A stretch of DNA of 64,000 bases from an uncultured delta proteobacterium (lineage in GTDB: Bacteria; Desulfobacterota; Deferrimicrobia; Deferrimicrobiales; Deferrimicrobiaceae). The notes under the pieces were generated by a model. That model was not told the origin of the DNA. It worked only from the letters and a program-made list of their open reading frames with translations, and did no database searches. The position numbers were made by a program, and so were the translations under genes. The stretch's first letter is position 1; each line of letters opens with the position of its first letter. Shown here one piece after another: positions 8,806 to 19,406 of this stretch. The stretch spans positions 216,414 through 280,413 of the forward strand of contig CAWEPX010000033.1 in assembly GCA_963811025.1 (NCBI GenBank). The letters run 5' to 3'.

Positions 8806-9417
8806 ATGAGCCACAGCCTGCCTTCCCTCCCGTACTCCTTCGATGCGCTGGAGCCGTACATCGACGCGAGGACGATGGAGATCCATCACGACAAGCACCA
8901 TGCGGGTTACGTCAACAATCTCAACAAGGCCCTCGAGGGCCATCCCGAGCTTCAAAAGCTTCCGGTCGAGGAACTGCTCGCGCAGATCGGCAAGGTTCCG
9001 GAAAACATTCGCACGGCCGTTCGCAACAACGGCGGCGGCCACCTGAATCACTCCATGTTCTGGAAGATCATGAAGAAAGGCGGCGGCGGCGAGCCGTCTG
9101 GGGATATTGCCGGCGCCATAAAGAGCACCTTTGGCGGTTTCGCGGAATTCAAGGCGAAGTTCTCCCAGGCTGCGACGACGCGGTTCGGGTCGGGATGGGC
9201 GTGGCTGCTGATCCGCGGCGGGAAGCTCGTCGTCGAGTCGACCGCGAACCAGGACAATCCCGTCCTGGACGGCGGCAAGGCGGTCTTCGGCATCGACGTC
9301 TGGGAGCACGCCTACTACCTGAAATATCAGAACCGGCGCCCCGAGTACATCGAGGCATGGTGGAGCACGATCAACTGGGCGCAGGTAGCGGAAAACTTCG
9401 CGCAGGCAAAGAAGTAG
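8806..9417 (+). CDS. sodA: Superoxide dismutase, Mn-type signature
   Basis: [30 protein letters not shown]; RBS AAGGAG. Confidence 0.92.
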   Translation: MSHSLPSLPYSFDALEPYIDARTMEIHHDKHHAGYVNNLNKALEGHPELQKLPVEELLAQIGKVPENIRTAVRNNGGGHLNHSMFWKIMKKGGGGEPSGDIAGAIKSTFGGFAEFKAKFSQAATTRFGSGWAWLLIRGGKLVVESTANQDNPVLDGGKAVFGIDVWEHAYYLKYQNRRPEYIEAWWSTINWAQVAENFAQAKK

Positions 9418-9516
9418 CACGCGCCCGGCGAAAGGTTGAGACCTTCGCCCGGCCCCGTTTCGCCGGTGTGCCCGGGGGGCCGCGAACGGATTCCCCCGGG
9501 AAGCAACCGTAGAAAC

Positions 9517-10493
9517 ATGGAAACCGGCAGGAAGATCACCCCGGACCAGCTGATCGCGGAAATGCACCGTACGGTGGACCGGCTCGCCGAGGACGGGGCG
9601 GACCGGGGGGACATCAAGATTCTCGCGCGGGCCCTTCGGGAATTACGGCACTCCTTCCGACTGCTGTCGGAACACAGGGCCCTGCGGAAAGTCACGGTGT
9701 TCGGTTCCGCCCGGTGCCTCCCCGGATCGCCATCCTACCGGCAGGCAGAGGCGTTCGGCCGGGAAATGGCCGGGAAGGGATGGATGGTCGTAACGGGAGG
9801 CGGGGCGGGGATCATGGAAGCCGCCCATGTCGGCGCCGGCAAAGGCCGGGCGATGGGGATCAACATCCTTCTTCCCTTCGAGCAGGGGGCCAACCGGATC
9901 ATCTCCGGCGATTCGAAGCTGATTCACGTGAAATATTTCTTTACCCGGAAGCTGCTGTTCGTCAAGGAGTCCGACGGCGTGGCGCTCTTCCCCGGCGGGT
10001 TCGGCACGATGGACGAAGCGTTTGAAGTGCTGACCCTCCTGCAGACCGGGAAGAGCAGGATGTTCCCGGTCGTTCTTCTGGACGATCCCGGGGGCGACTA
10101 CTGGCGTATCTGGCGGGAGTTCGTCGAGGGGCACCTGCTCCGCCGCGGGCTGATCTCCTCCGAGGACCTCTCCCTTTTCCGCGTCACGGACAGCGTGGCG
10201 GCGGCCGCCGACGAGATTTCGGGTTTCTACCGGGTCTTTCACAGCATGCGGTACGTCGGAAAGGAGCTCGTGTTCCGGTTGAGCCGTCCCCCGTCACCGG
10301 ATCTTCCCGCCCGGATCGGGGCCGGCTTCTCCGACATCCTCGCCTCGGGGAAGTTCCGGCTGGGGAAGAGCCTGCCCGATGAGGAAAACGAGCCCCACCT
10401 GGCCGACCTTCCCGGCTCATCTTTCCCTTCAACAGGAGGAACTTCGGGAGACTCCGGATGCTCATCGACTTCCTCAACCGGGATTCCGCCTAG
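9517..10493 (+). CDS. LOG family (TIGR00730-like) nucleotide monophosphate nucleosidase, frameshift near 10411
   Basis: VTVFGSAR, TGGGAGIMEA, YFFTRK, PGGFGTMDE; C-terminus RLIFPFNRRNFGRLRMLIDFLN continues in another frame to TAG 10491-10493. Confidence 0.8.
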
Positions 10494-11732
10494 GCGGAGA
10501 GGAGATTGACCGGGTTCTCCAGCAGCCTCTTGAGTTCCTGCAGGAAGCGCGCGGCCTGCGCGCCGTCGGCCACCCGATGGTCCACCGACAGCGTGGCTTT
10601 CATCATCCGGGCGATCCGGACCTCCCCTTCGACCGCGATCGGCCGGGGAGTAACCGCTCCCACCGCGAGAATGGCGGCTTCCGGCGGGTTGATGATCGCT
10701 ATGAATTCCTCCACGTCGAACATCCCCAGGTTGGATATCGTAAACGTCCCGGAGCCCAGGTCCTCGGCGCGCAGCCTGCCGGCGCGCGCGCGCTCGCCAA
10801 GCTCCCTGGACCGGCCGCAATCTCCCGCAGCGATTTCCTGTCCGCATTGCGCATCACGGGGGGGATCAGCCCGTCCGGGAGCGCTACCGCGATGCCGATG
10901 TCGACCCGGGAATGCTTTTCGATGCTGTCGTCGCGATACGTCGCGTTCATCTCCGGAAACCGCGCCAGGGTCCGGGCGGCCGCCGCCACGATCAGGTCGT
11001 TTACCGAAATCTTGTCGGACTCGGAGGCGTCGCGGTTCAGCTGTTCCCGCATCTTCATCGCCTCCTCCATGTGGATGTCGGCCGTGAGGTAGAAATGCGG
11101 CGCTTTCGCCTTGCTCTCGGCCATCCTTCGGGCGATCGCCTTTCGCATCCGGCTCATCGGTACGGGCTCGGCGGCGGAAGGGCCTGTCTTGGCTTCCGGC
11201 TTGGCCGAAGCCGGTTTTTCGTCCATCGCCTCCCGCACATCGCGTTCCAGGATCCTCCCTCCGGGGCCGCTCCCCTCGATCCGGGACAGGTCGATCCCGG
11301 CTTCCTCCGCCATCCTGCGCGCCACGGGAGAAACCTTGATTCTGCGTCCGGGCGGTTCGGTTTTCCCGGGCTCCTCCTTCCGTTCCTCCGTCGGCCGTTG
11401 CACCTTCCCGGGGGCCTTCTCTGGTTCTCCGCGACCGGCGCGGAAGGAGGGGGCTTAGGTTCCCGCCGCTTCGGCTTTTCCACGGGCTTCTCCTCCGGGG
11501 CGGCGATCGTTCCGATCACCGTTCCGACCTTGACCGTCTCGCCCGCGGGAACGAGGATCTCTTTCAGGTTGCCCGAGGCGGTCGCCTCGACCTCGACGGT
11601 CGCCTTCTCCGTCTCGATCTCTACGATCGGCTCTCCCTTTCCCACCGGATCCCCTTCCTTCTTCAACCAGCGGGCCACGGTTCCCTCGACCATGTCGAAT
11701 CCCAGGGAGGGCATGATCACCTCGGTCGCCAT
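10490..11732 (-). CDS. pdhC: Pyruvate dehydrogenase E2 dihydrolipoamide acetyltransferase, two frameshifts (~11420, ~10811)
   Basis: Lipoyl EIETEKAT, E3-binding SPVARRMA..GSGPGGRI, catalytic DHRVADGA over three frames. Confidence 0.85.
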
Positions 11733-11818
11733 GAATACCTCCTTTTCGCTGCCGGAATGAGAATCGCTCCAAGCGTGACCGGATCCCTGCCGCGCAGGTG
11801 CGATGCCGGCGGAGAGGT

Positions 11819-12788
11819 TTACGAGAGCATTTTCCGGATTTTTTCGATGAGCAGCGCCTCGTCGGGAAACATCAGCTCCTCGAGATTCTTCGCATACGGC
11901 ACCGGCGCCTCCACCTGGCCGAGGCGCTCCACCGGGGAGTCGAGCCAGTCGAACCGGTCGCGACCGATGCGCGCGGCGATCTCGGCCCCCATCCCGCACG
12001 TCGTCCAATCCTCCTCGAGAACGACCGCGCGGTGGGTCTTCTTCACCGACTCGTACACCGACGACAGGTTCAGCGGCCGAAGCGTCCTCAGGTCGACCAC
12101 CTCGCATTCGATGCCGTCCTTCGCGAGAATCTCCGCCGCCCCCAGGGCCACGTGCACCATCCTCGAATACGTCACGATCGTCACGTCCCCCCCCGTCCGT
12201 TTGAGGTCCGGGACGCCCATCGGCAGGGTGTGCTCTCCTTCCGGAACCTCGCCCTTGAGGCCGTACAGGCGCGCGTGTTCGAGGAACATCACCGGGTTCT
12301 CGGACCGGATCGCGGTCTTCAGCAGCCCTTTTGCATCGGCAGGAGTCGACGGGACGACCACGGTCAACGGGGATGTGGGCGGACCAGGCTTAGAAGGACT
12401 GCGAATGGGTCGCCGCCAGCTGCCCCCAGCCGGAGGGGGCGCGGAGGACCATGGGAATGGTCATCTGCCCCCCGAACATGAAGCGGATCTTCGCCATGTT
12501 GTTGACGATCTGGTCCATCGCCACCAGGCTGAAATTGATCGTCATCAGCTCCGCGACCGGGCGCAATCCCCCCATCGCCGCCCCGACCGCCGCCCCGACG
12601 ATCGCATCTTCGGCGATCGGCGTGTCGACGACCCGCTTTTCCCCGAATTCGTCCAGGAGGTCTCGGGTGACCGCGTACGTTCCCCCCCAGACGCCGACCT
12701 CCTCTCCCAGGACCAGCACGCTTTCGTCCCGGAGCATCTCCTCGCGCAGCGCTTCGCGGAGGGCATCACGGTAGGTCATCAGGGCCAT
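11819..12788 (-). CDS. pdhB: Pyruvate dehydrogenase E1 beta, in-frame TAA at 12390-12392 plus frameshift near 12368
   Basis: TYRDALREAL, DTPIAE, ATHSQSF*AW.AHIP, DAKGLLK, VVDLRTLRPL. Confidence 0.8.
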
Positions 12789-13762
12789 GGGACCGCTCCG
12801 ATCCTCGACCACGACGTCGAAGCAGAGTTCGGACGCCTCGGGTGCGGGGCTTTCCTCCGCAAACCGGACGGCCTCTCCCAGTTCGGCCTCGATCTCGCCG
12901 GCGATCCGTTCCAATTCATCCTCCTTCGCCAGATCCCGTTCCAGGAGGAAGCGCCGCCACCGATCGATCGGATCGGCCGCCTTCGCCGCTTCCACCTCCT
13001 CCCGGTCCCGGTATCGCTGCGGGTCTCCCATCGAGTGGCCGCGGAACCGGTACGTGATCGCCTCGATCATCTGCGGCCCGCCGCCGGAGCGCGCCGTGCG
13101 GGCCATGTCGCGCACGGCGTCCCGCACGGCGAGGACGTCGTTCCCGTCGATCCGGACCGCCGGGATGTCGAACGCGCTTGCTTTCCGGTACATGTCCTCG
13201 ACCGCGGAGGCGCGCCGCACCGCCGTGCCCATCCCGTACGGTTTTTCCCGACGATGATGACCAGCGGCAGTCTCCACACCGCCGCCATGTTCAAGCTGGA
13301 GAAGAAGGTGCCGATGTTGGTCGCCCCGTCCCCCAGGAAACAGGCGACGACGCTCGGCAGGTTCCGGTACCGGTGCGCAAGCGCCATTCCCGCGGCGACC
13401 GGGACGTGCCCTCCGACGATGGCGTAGCCGCCCCAGACGTGGCGCGTGACGTCCGCCAGGTGCATCGAGCCGCCCTTGCCCTTGGAGAGCCCGGTCGACT
13501 TGCCGTACAGTTCCGCCATCACCCTCCTGGGATCGACCCCGCGGGCCAGAACGTACCCGTGGTCCCGGTAATGCGTGATCACGTCGTCTTCCGGCTCCAG
13601 CCCCGCGATGGACCCCACCGCGACCGCTTCCTCCCCGATGTAGAGGTGGAGAAATCCTCCGATCCTGCCCCGTCCATACGCCTCTTCGGCGAGCTCCTCG
13701 AACCGCCGGATCAGGGTCATCTTGCGGAACAGGGTCAGCGCTTCCTCCCGGGTCACGCGCAT
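12781..13762 (-). CDS. pdhA: Pyruvate dehydrogenase E1 alpha, frameshift near 13245; 3' end uncertain
   Basis: GGFLHLYIGEEA, GKGGSMH, TPP motif GDGA, TYRFRGHSMGDP. Confidence 0.85.
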
Positions 13763-14114
13763 CCGGTCCCCTTCCTCCCTGGAGAGAATTGTCGGCCTCG
13801 CATCGTTCATCTGCCGTCTCCGCCGTCCTTCCGCGGTGTGGGCAGGGGAAGATCCTCCTGCCGGGTCATGTCGTGACTCGTTTCCTTTCTCCGGGTTTTC
13901 CATGATCTACCATAAGGATTCCTAATTACCTGAAAAAGTTTCCTTTTCCGGTATACCCCGGGAGATCCGGCGGGGTCTCAGGATCCATTCGGGGTCAGTT
14001 CTCCACTCTCCATCCGCATTTTCGAGAAATCAACCATGGAGATGCCGGGAATCCTGCAGCGGGTTCGGGAATATCGCCGCGGACCGGTCGAGCAGGGGTT
14101 CTCCGGGCGGCGGG

Positions 14115-15056
14115 TCACCGTACCTGCAGGACGATCTTGCCGCGGACGTGGCCCGCCTGGCTCCGTTCCTGCGCGGACCGCGCTTCCGGCAACGGCAGGA
14201 CCGTCTCGACGACGCCCCGGACCTTCCCCGCGTCGATCAGCGTTGCGATCTCGGAAAGCTGCTCCGCATTCGGCTGCACGAAGGTGTATCCCAGGCGCTT
14301 CCCCGGCGGGACCGCCTCTTCCGGCGGCGGCGTGAGAATCGTGGACAGGATTCCGCCTTCCCGGAGCGTCTTCCAGGAGCGCTGCTGCGTGTCTCCGCCC
14401 ATCGTGTCGAGCACGACGTCGGCGTCGCGGACGGCCTCCTCGAAGCGCGTCGTCGTGTAGTCGATCGTATCGTCGGCGCCCAGCGTCCGCAGGAAGGCCT
14501 GGTTGCCCCCCGACGCCGTGCCGATCACCCGCGCGCCCTTCCATTTCGCGAGCTGGACCGCGAAGTGCCCGACGCCGCCTGCCGCGGCATGGATGAGCAC
14601 CGTCTGCCCCCGGCCGAGTCCCGCGGCGTCGAAAAGCGCCTGCCACGCGGTAAGCGCAGCGAGCGGAACGGCCGCGGCCTGAAGGTGGTCCAGGGACCGC
14701 GGCTTGCGGGCGGCCTCCGACTCCCGGACCACGAGGAATTCGGCATATGCTCCGTCCCTCGCGATGTCCGGGCGGCTATACAGCTCGTCGCCCGGCTTCC
14801 ATCGGGTCGCGCCGGGGCCAGCCGCCTCGACGACCCCGGATACGTCCCATCCGGGGACCAGGGGAAGCGCGTGTTTCAGAAAATCCCTGGCGTACCCTTC
14901 GCGGACCTTCCAGTCCACCGGGTTCACGCCGGCTCCGTGGACCCGGATCAGAACCTCCCCCGTCCCGGGTTCCGGGCGCGGGGCCTCCTCGTACCGCAGC
15001 ACCTCTGGTCCTCCATACCGGTGGATTCGAACCGCGTTCATCGTCGACATTCCCAT
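14115..15056 (-). CDS. NADP-dependent oxidoreductase (MDR/quinone reductase family)
   Basis: GVNPVDWK, GWDVSGVV, HAAAGGVG, GHVRGKIVL. Confidence 0.9.
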   Translation of the reverse strand: MGMSTMNAVRIHRYGGPEVLRYEEAPRPEPGTGEVLIRVHGAGVNPVDWKVREGYARDFLKHALPLVPGWDVSGVVEAAGPGATRWKPGDELYSRPDIARDGAYAEFLVVRESEAARKPRSLDHLQAAAVPLAALTAWQALFDAAGLGRGQTVLIHAAAGGVGHFAVQLAKWKGARVIGTASGGNQAFLRTLGADDTIDYTTTRFEEAVRDADVVLDTMGGDTQQRSWKTLREGGILSTILTPPPEEAVPPGKRLGYTFVQPNAEQLSEIATLIDAGKVRGVVETVLPLPEARSAQERSQAGHVRGKIVLQVR

Positions 15057-15207
15057 GTCCTCCCACCCGAAATCCGGCCGACCGGGCCGTCCGACGTTCC
15101 AGATCCCGGCTTCGGCGCATGCCGGGGTCGCCCGCCATGTTCGTTCTTTTTAGATGGGAGTTCGGCCGCGCGAGGTGCGCGGGAAATCCGAAGCGGCCGG
15201 GAGACGC

Positions 15208-16350
15208 CTAGTCCAGCGTCCGGCGATAGCGCTTCACGCCGACGAACAGGGCGACTGCGGCGAACAAGGCGATGGGGCCAACCTGCGGAGCGACCTCGTG
15301 GATCCCGTTTCCCTTGAGGAGGATCCCGCGGACGATCCGCAGGAAATGGGTGAGCGGAAAGACTTCGCCGAGCACCTGTGCCCAGCGCGGCATGCCGCGA
15401 AACGGGAACATGAATCCCGAGAGCATCAGCGACGGAAGGAAGAAGAAAAACGACATCTGCATGGCCTGGAGCTGGTTCGTCGCCACGGTCGAGAAGGTGA
15501 TCCCCATCGCCAGGTTTGCGACGATGAACACGAGCGTCGTCCCCAGCAACAGCATCAGGCCGCCGGCCATGGGCACGTCGAAAAGGTAGCGCGCGGCGAC
15601 GAGAATCAGCCCGGCCTGCACGTACCCCACGAGGATGTAGGGGACGATCTTGCCGGCCATCACTTCCAGGGGACGCACGGGCATGGAAAGGAGGTTTTCC
15701 ATGGTGCCCCGCTCCCGCTCGCGGGTGATCGCCAGCCCGGTGATGATGACCATGGTCATCGTGAGGACGACGCCCATCAGCCCGGGCACGATGTTGTACC
15801 GGGTGGCGCCTTCGGGGTTGTACAGCGCGTGGATGCGCAGGTCGATGGGGACTTCGCCGCCGGCGAGCCAGGCGAGCGGTCCCCGGAGGTCGTTCCGCAG
15901 GGCGGTGTCCGCCAGGACGCGCAGGGCCCCGAGGGCGTTGCCGGTGGCGGCGGGATCGGTCGCGTCCGCCTCGAGAAGGACGGCAGGATGCTCTCCGCGC
16001 AACAGGGACCGGGTGAAGTCCACCGGGATGTTGACCACAAACTGGACTTCGCCGCGCGCGAGCGCCTCGCGCCCCTCCTCCTCGGTGTCCACTTGCCGGA
16101 CGAAGTCGAAGTAGCCGCTGTTCCGGATCGCCGAAAGCAACGTGCGCCCCTGGGGACCGTTGTCCGCCAGGAGCACGGCGGCGGGCAGATGCTTCGGGTC
16201 CGTGTTGATGGCGTAACCGAACAGGACGAGCTGGAGCAGCGGGATGCCGATCATCATCGCGAAGGTCAGCCGGTCCCGCCGCATCTGGATGAACTCCTTG
16301 ACGACCACCGCTCCGAACCGCCCAGGTGAAAGGACGCGCTCCCGTGTCAA
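15208..16350 (-). CDS. ABC-2 type exporter permease (YbhR/S-like)
   Basis: KEFIQMRRDR, ITRERERGTMENLL, LSGFMFP; TTG start overlapping upstream stop. Confidence 0.9.
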   Translation of the reverse strand: MTRERVLSPGRFGAVVVKEFIQMRRDRLTFAMMIGIPLLQLVLFGYAINTDPKHLPAAVLLADNGPQGRTLLSAIRNSGYFDFVRQVDTEEEGREALARGEVQFVVNIPVDFTRSLLRGEHPAVLLEADATDPAATGNALGALRVLADTALRNDLRGPLAWLAGGEVPIDLRIHALYNPEGATRYNIVPGLMGVVLTMTMVIITGLAITRERERGTMENLLSMPVRPLEVMAGKIVPYILVGYVQAGLILVAARYLFDVPMAGGLMLLLGTTLVFIVANLAMGITFSTVATNQLQAMQMSFFFFLPSLMLSGFMFPFRGMPRWAQVLGEVFPLTHFLRIVRGILLKGNGIHEVAPQVGPIALFAAVALFVGVKRYRRTLD

Positions 16351-17273
16351 GAAGACGTCCCTCCGCCTGAACGCTCCATGAGGTGAATGAAGACGTCCTC
16401 GATGCCGGCCTGGATCCGCCGCCACCGGTGGTGTTCCGTGCGGAACGTGGCGATGGCCCGTTCCAGGGCGTCCGCGTCGTCCCCGCTGACGTGGAGCACG
16501 TTGCCGAAAACCACGACATGGTTCACGCCGGGGTGGCCGCGCAGGCGTTCGGCGAGCGCGGGCAGGTCCGGGCCATCGACCGCCCAGGTCGAAAGGTGTG
16601 CCTCCTCGACGACCTCGGCCACCGTGCCGCGAGCGAGCATCCGGCCGCGGAATATGTAGGCGAGCCGGTGGCAGCGCTCGGCCTCGTCCATGTAATGCGT
16701 GGTGATGAGGAACGTAAGCCCCTGTCCCGCGAGCCGGTGGATCTCTTCCCAGAAATCGCGGCGCGCCTTCGGGTCCACGCCGGCCGTGGGCTCGTCGAGC
16801 AGGAGCAGCTTCGGGTCGTGGATCATGCACGCCGCCAGGGCGAGGCGCTGCTTCCAGCCGCCGGAGAGCTGCCCGGCGAGCTGGTCCCGCCGGTCCGCGA
16901 GTCCCATCCGTTCGAGGGTCTCGCGGACCGCACGCCGGCGGTTCTTCAGGGAATAGACGCGGGCGACGAAATCGAGGTTCTCGGAGACGCTCAGGTCCTC
17001 GTAGAAGCTGAACCGCTGGGTCATGTAGCCGACCTGGCGCTTGACCGCCTCGCTGTCCCGGATGATGTCGCGGCCGAGACACGTGCCGCTGCCCGCGTCG
17101 GGGCGGAGCAGCCCGCAGAGCATGCGGAGGAAGGTCGTCTTTCCGCTGCCGTTGGGGCCCAGGAACCCGCAGACTTCCCCCGTCCGGACCCGCAGGTCGA
17201 CCCGGTCGACGGCCGTCAGGTTTCCGAACCGCTTGGTCATCCCCGCGACGTCGATGGCGGTGTCCCCGGCCAT
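16347..17273 (-). CDS. ABC transporter ATP-binding protein
   Basis: GPNGSGKTT, LSGGWKQR, LLLDEPT. Confidence 0.92.
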   Translation of the reverse strand: MAGDTAIDVAGMTKRFGNLTAVDRVDLRVRTGEVCGFLGPNGSGKTTFLRMLCGLLRPDAGSGTCLGRDIIRDSEAVKRQVGYMTQRFSFYEDLSVSENLDFVARVYSLKNRRRAVRETLERMGLADRRDQLAGQLSGGWKQRLALAACMIHDPKLLLLDEPTAGVDPKARRDFWEEIHRLAGQGLTFLITTHYMDEAERCHRLAYIFRGRMLARGTVAEVVEEAHLSTWAVDGPDLPALAERLRGHPGVNHVVVFGNVLHVSGDDADALERAIATFRTEHHRWRRIQAGIEDVFIHLMERSGGGTSS

Positions 17274-17276
17274 CGG

Positions 17277-18263
17277 TCAGGATCCGAACCGGACGTCCAC
17301 CGGCTGGCCCGGATGGAGGCGGGCCGCCGTTTCGGGATCGAATACCGCCTCGACCAGGAAGACGAGCTTCGCCCGGCTTTCCCGGCTGTAGATGACCGGC
17401 GGCGTGAATTCCGCCCGGGGCGAGATGAAGCTCACCCGGCCCCGGAACGGTTCCCGGACGCCGTCCACTTCGACCAGCACGGGATCGCCCGGGTGAATCG
17501 TGCCGATCCGCGCCTGGGGCACGAAGACGCGCAACTTGATGTTCTGCGGCGGCAGCAGGACGACGACCGGCCGGCCGGCCGGGACCCACTCCCCCGGACG
17601 GTACAGCGTGTCGAATACCCGCCCGGCCCGGGGCGCGGCCTGGCGCTTCTGCGAGAGGTCCCATTCCGCCCGGGAAAGCGCCGCCTCCTGCGCCTTCACG
17701 TTGGCCTCCGCAGCGCCGACCTGGTCGGGTCGGGCGCCAAGCCTGGCGGTCTGGAGGTCGGATTCGAGCTGGGCCGCCCGATGAAGGTCCTGGTCGTGCG
17801 CGGAACGGGCGCGGTCGACGGCCTGCTGGGGAACGGCCCCGGTGCGGAACAGGTTTTCCTGTCGGGAAAGCTCCTTTTCCGACAGGGCGAGCGAGGCACG
17901 GGCCCGCGCGACCTGCGCCCCGATGGAGGCGAGCTCCGTGGGGCGCCGGCCTTTCTTCAGGTCCGCCAGGCTCGCGCGGGCCTGCGCAAGCCGACGGGCC
18001 GCCTCGTCCCGGACCGTTCTCTCCGGTACGCTATCCAGCGCGAACAGGGGATCGCCCGCCTTGACCTGCGCTCCCCGTTCCACGTAAAGGGAAGAAAGCT
18101 GCCCCGCAAGCGGAGACGAAAGGTAGAGAAACTCCCCCTCGATGTACCCCTGCACCCGATCGGAGGCCGGGCGGCCGCACCCCGCCGGCAGCGCCAGCAG
18201 GCAGAGCGCGGCGAGCGTGACAGCGATGAAACGGGCCCTTATCGGAAGAGCCGGAACGGTCAT
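17277..18263 (-). CDS. HlyD-family membrane fusion lipoprotein (YbhG-like)
   Basis: Lipobox PAGC, QGYIEGE, coiled coil, ISPRAEFTPPVIYS. Confidence 0.88.
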   Translation of the reverse strand: MTVPALPIRARFIAVTLAALCLLALPAGCGRPASDRVQGYIEGEFLYLSSPLAGQLSSLYVERGAQVKAGDPLFALDSVPERTVRDEAARRLAQARASLADLKKGRRPTELASIGAQVARARASLALSEKELSRQENLFRTGAVPQQAVDRARSAHDQDLHRAAQLESDLQTARLGARPDQVGAAEANVKAQEAALSRAEWDLSQKRQAAPRAGRVFDTLYRPGEWVPAGRPVVVLLPPQNIKLRVFVPQARIGTIHPGDPVLVEVDGVREPFRGRVSFISPRAEFTPPVIYSRESRAKLVFLVEAVFDPETAARLHPGQPVDVRFGS

Positions 18264-18407
18264 GGTCCCACCAGCATATCGATGAACATCGGTGCTCCAG
18301 ACTATAATCCATAATGACCCCGGAAGGTATCCGCCTGGCCCCGGCCTTCGAGCCGGACCGGATCCTCCGAAGCGGGGGCAGAGAATATCCCGGGCAACCG
18401 GCGGGAC

Positions 18408-18782
18408 CTAACCGGCCCTCTCCACCTTGATCGTTGCGCCTGATCTGACCGATCCGAGCTGCTTCACGTCGCCCTGGGCCTTGCCCCAGATATTGGTCCG
18501 GGCCGCGAGACGGATCTCATCGCCGCGGGATACGGGCGTGCGGCCGAAGCCGATCGCGATGGAATCGCCTTCCACCCAGAAAGCAAGCTCGCCGGGCTCG
18601 ACGACATCCCGCGCGTCGGACTCCCGTTTCACCTTGACCGGGGTGGAGAAATACACTTCCTCGCCCCAGGTGTTCGCCCTGGAGGTGAACGGCAAGGCAT
18701 TCCAGATTGCCTCCGCCGTGGGCGTCTCGAGGAGTTTCGCCTCGAGCACCACGGAACCGATGGTCATCTTGACTATTCGCAT
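18408..18782 (-). CDS. Cyclophilin-like fold protein (DUF369/TM1367-like)
   Basis: [34 protein letters not shown]. Confidence 0.75.
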   Translation of the reverse strand: MRIVKMTIGSVVLEAKLLETPTAEAIWNALPFTSRANTWGEEVYFSTPVKVKRESDARDVVEPGELAFWVEGDSIAIGFGRTPVSRGDEIRLAARTNIWGKAQGDVKQLGSVRSGATIKVERAG

Positions 18783-18921
18783 GGGTAACCCCCCTGATTC
18801 TCCTCAGGCATTAGGAAAATACCACAACTGTTCGAAGGTCGGCACGAGAAGAAACCGGAGCATGGGAAGCGCGATGGATCCCGGGATCCAGGGGATACCT
18901 GGCCGCAGGCGGATTCCGCCG

Positions 18922-18957
18922 TTGACACCATGCATTGAACCAGATAAATATAGTCCG
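18922..18957 (+). promoter_or_regulatory. sigma70 promoter with overlapping candidate Rrf2 operator; rrf2 may be leaderless
   Basis: TTGACA(18922)-N17-TAAATA; imperfect dyad CAGATAAATATAGTCCG 18941-18957; ATG at 18960 without SD. Confidence 0.4.
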
Positions 18958-18959
18958 AA

Positions 18960-19406
18960 ATGAAGATCTCCCGGGAAACGGACTACGCGATCCGTTGTCT
19001 TCTCTTCATGGCGAGGGATCCGCTCCAGGTCTTCTCCGTGGGGAAAATTTCCGGTCCCCAAAAGATGCCGCCGAGCTTCCTGGCGAAGATCCTGCAGAAA
19101 CTCACCCGGGCCGGGATCACGACGTCCACCCGGGGGGCCGGCGGAGGATTCCGTCTTACCGAAAGCCCGGACCGCATCACCCTCCTGTCGGTCATCGAAG
19201 CCCTGGAAGGGCCCCTGAAACTGAACGATTGCCTCGTGGACGGAACGACCTGCGTTCGGGCGAACGGGTGCTCCGCGCACTCCGCGTGGATGGAAGTCCG
19301 CGGGGAGATCGTCCGCACCATGAGGAGATACACCCTCCGGCGGCTGCTGGACCGGGAAGAGGGACAGCGGGCCGGGGAAATCCATCCGACGGGGGAAGGA
19401 ACATGA
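18960..19406 (+). CDS. Rrf2-family transcriptional regulator with three Cys (Fe-S)
   Basis: DYAIRCL, FLAKILQKL, STRGAGGGF, C-x6-C-x5-C..H. Confidence 0.9.
   Translation: MKISRETDYAIRCLLFMARDPLQVFSVGKISGPQKMPPSFLAKILQKLTRAGITTSTRGAGGGFRLTESPDRITLLSVIEALEGPLKLNDCLVDGTTCVRANGCSAHSAWMEVRGEIVRTMRRYTLRRLLDREEGQRAGEIHPTGEGT

Noticed and set aside
12390-13277. Natural E1 alpha-beta fusion
   Set aside because: GGAG precedes the pdhB ATG and a one-base shift ends pdhA at an overlapping TGA; the region is error-rich.
18278-18293. Dyad ATCGATGAACATCGGT upstream of the HlyD-ABC operon
   Set aside because: Single short imperfect palindrome with no adjacent regulator gene.
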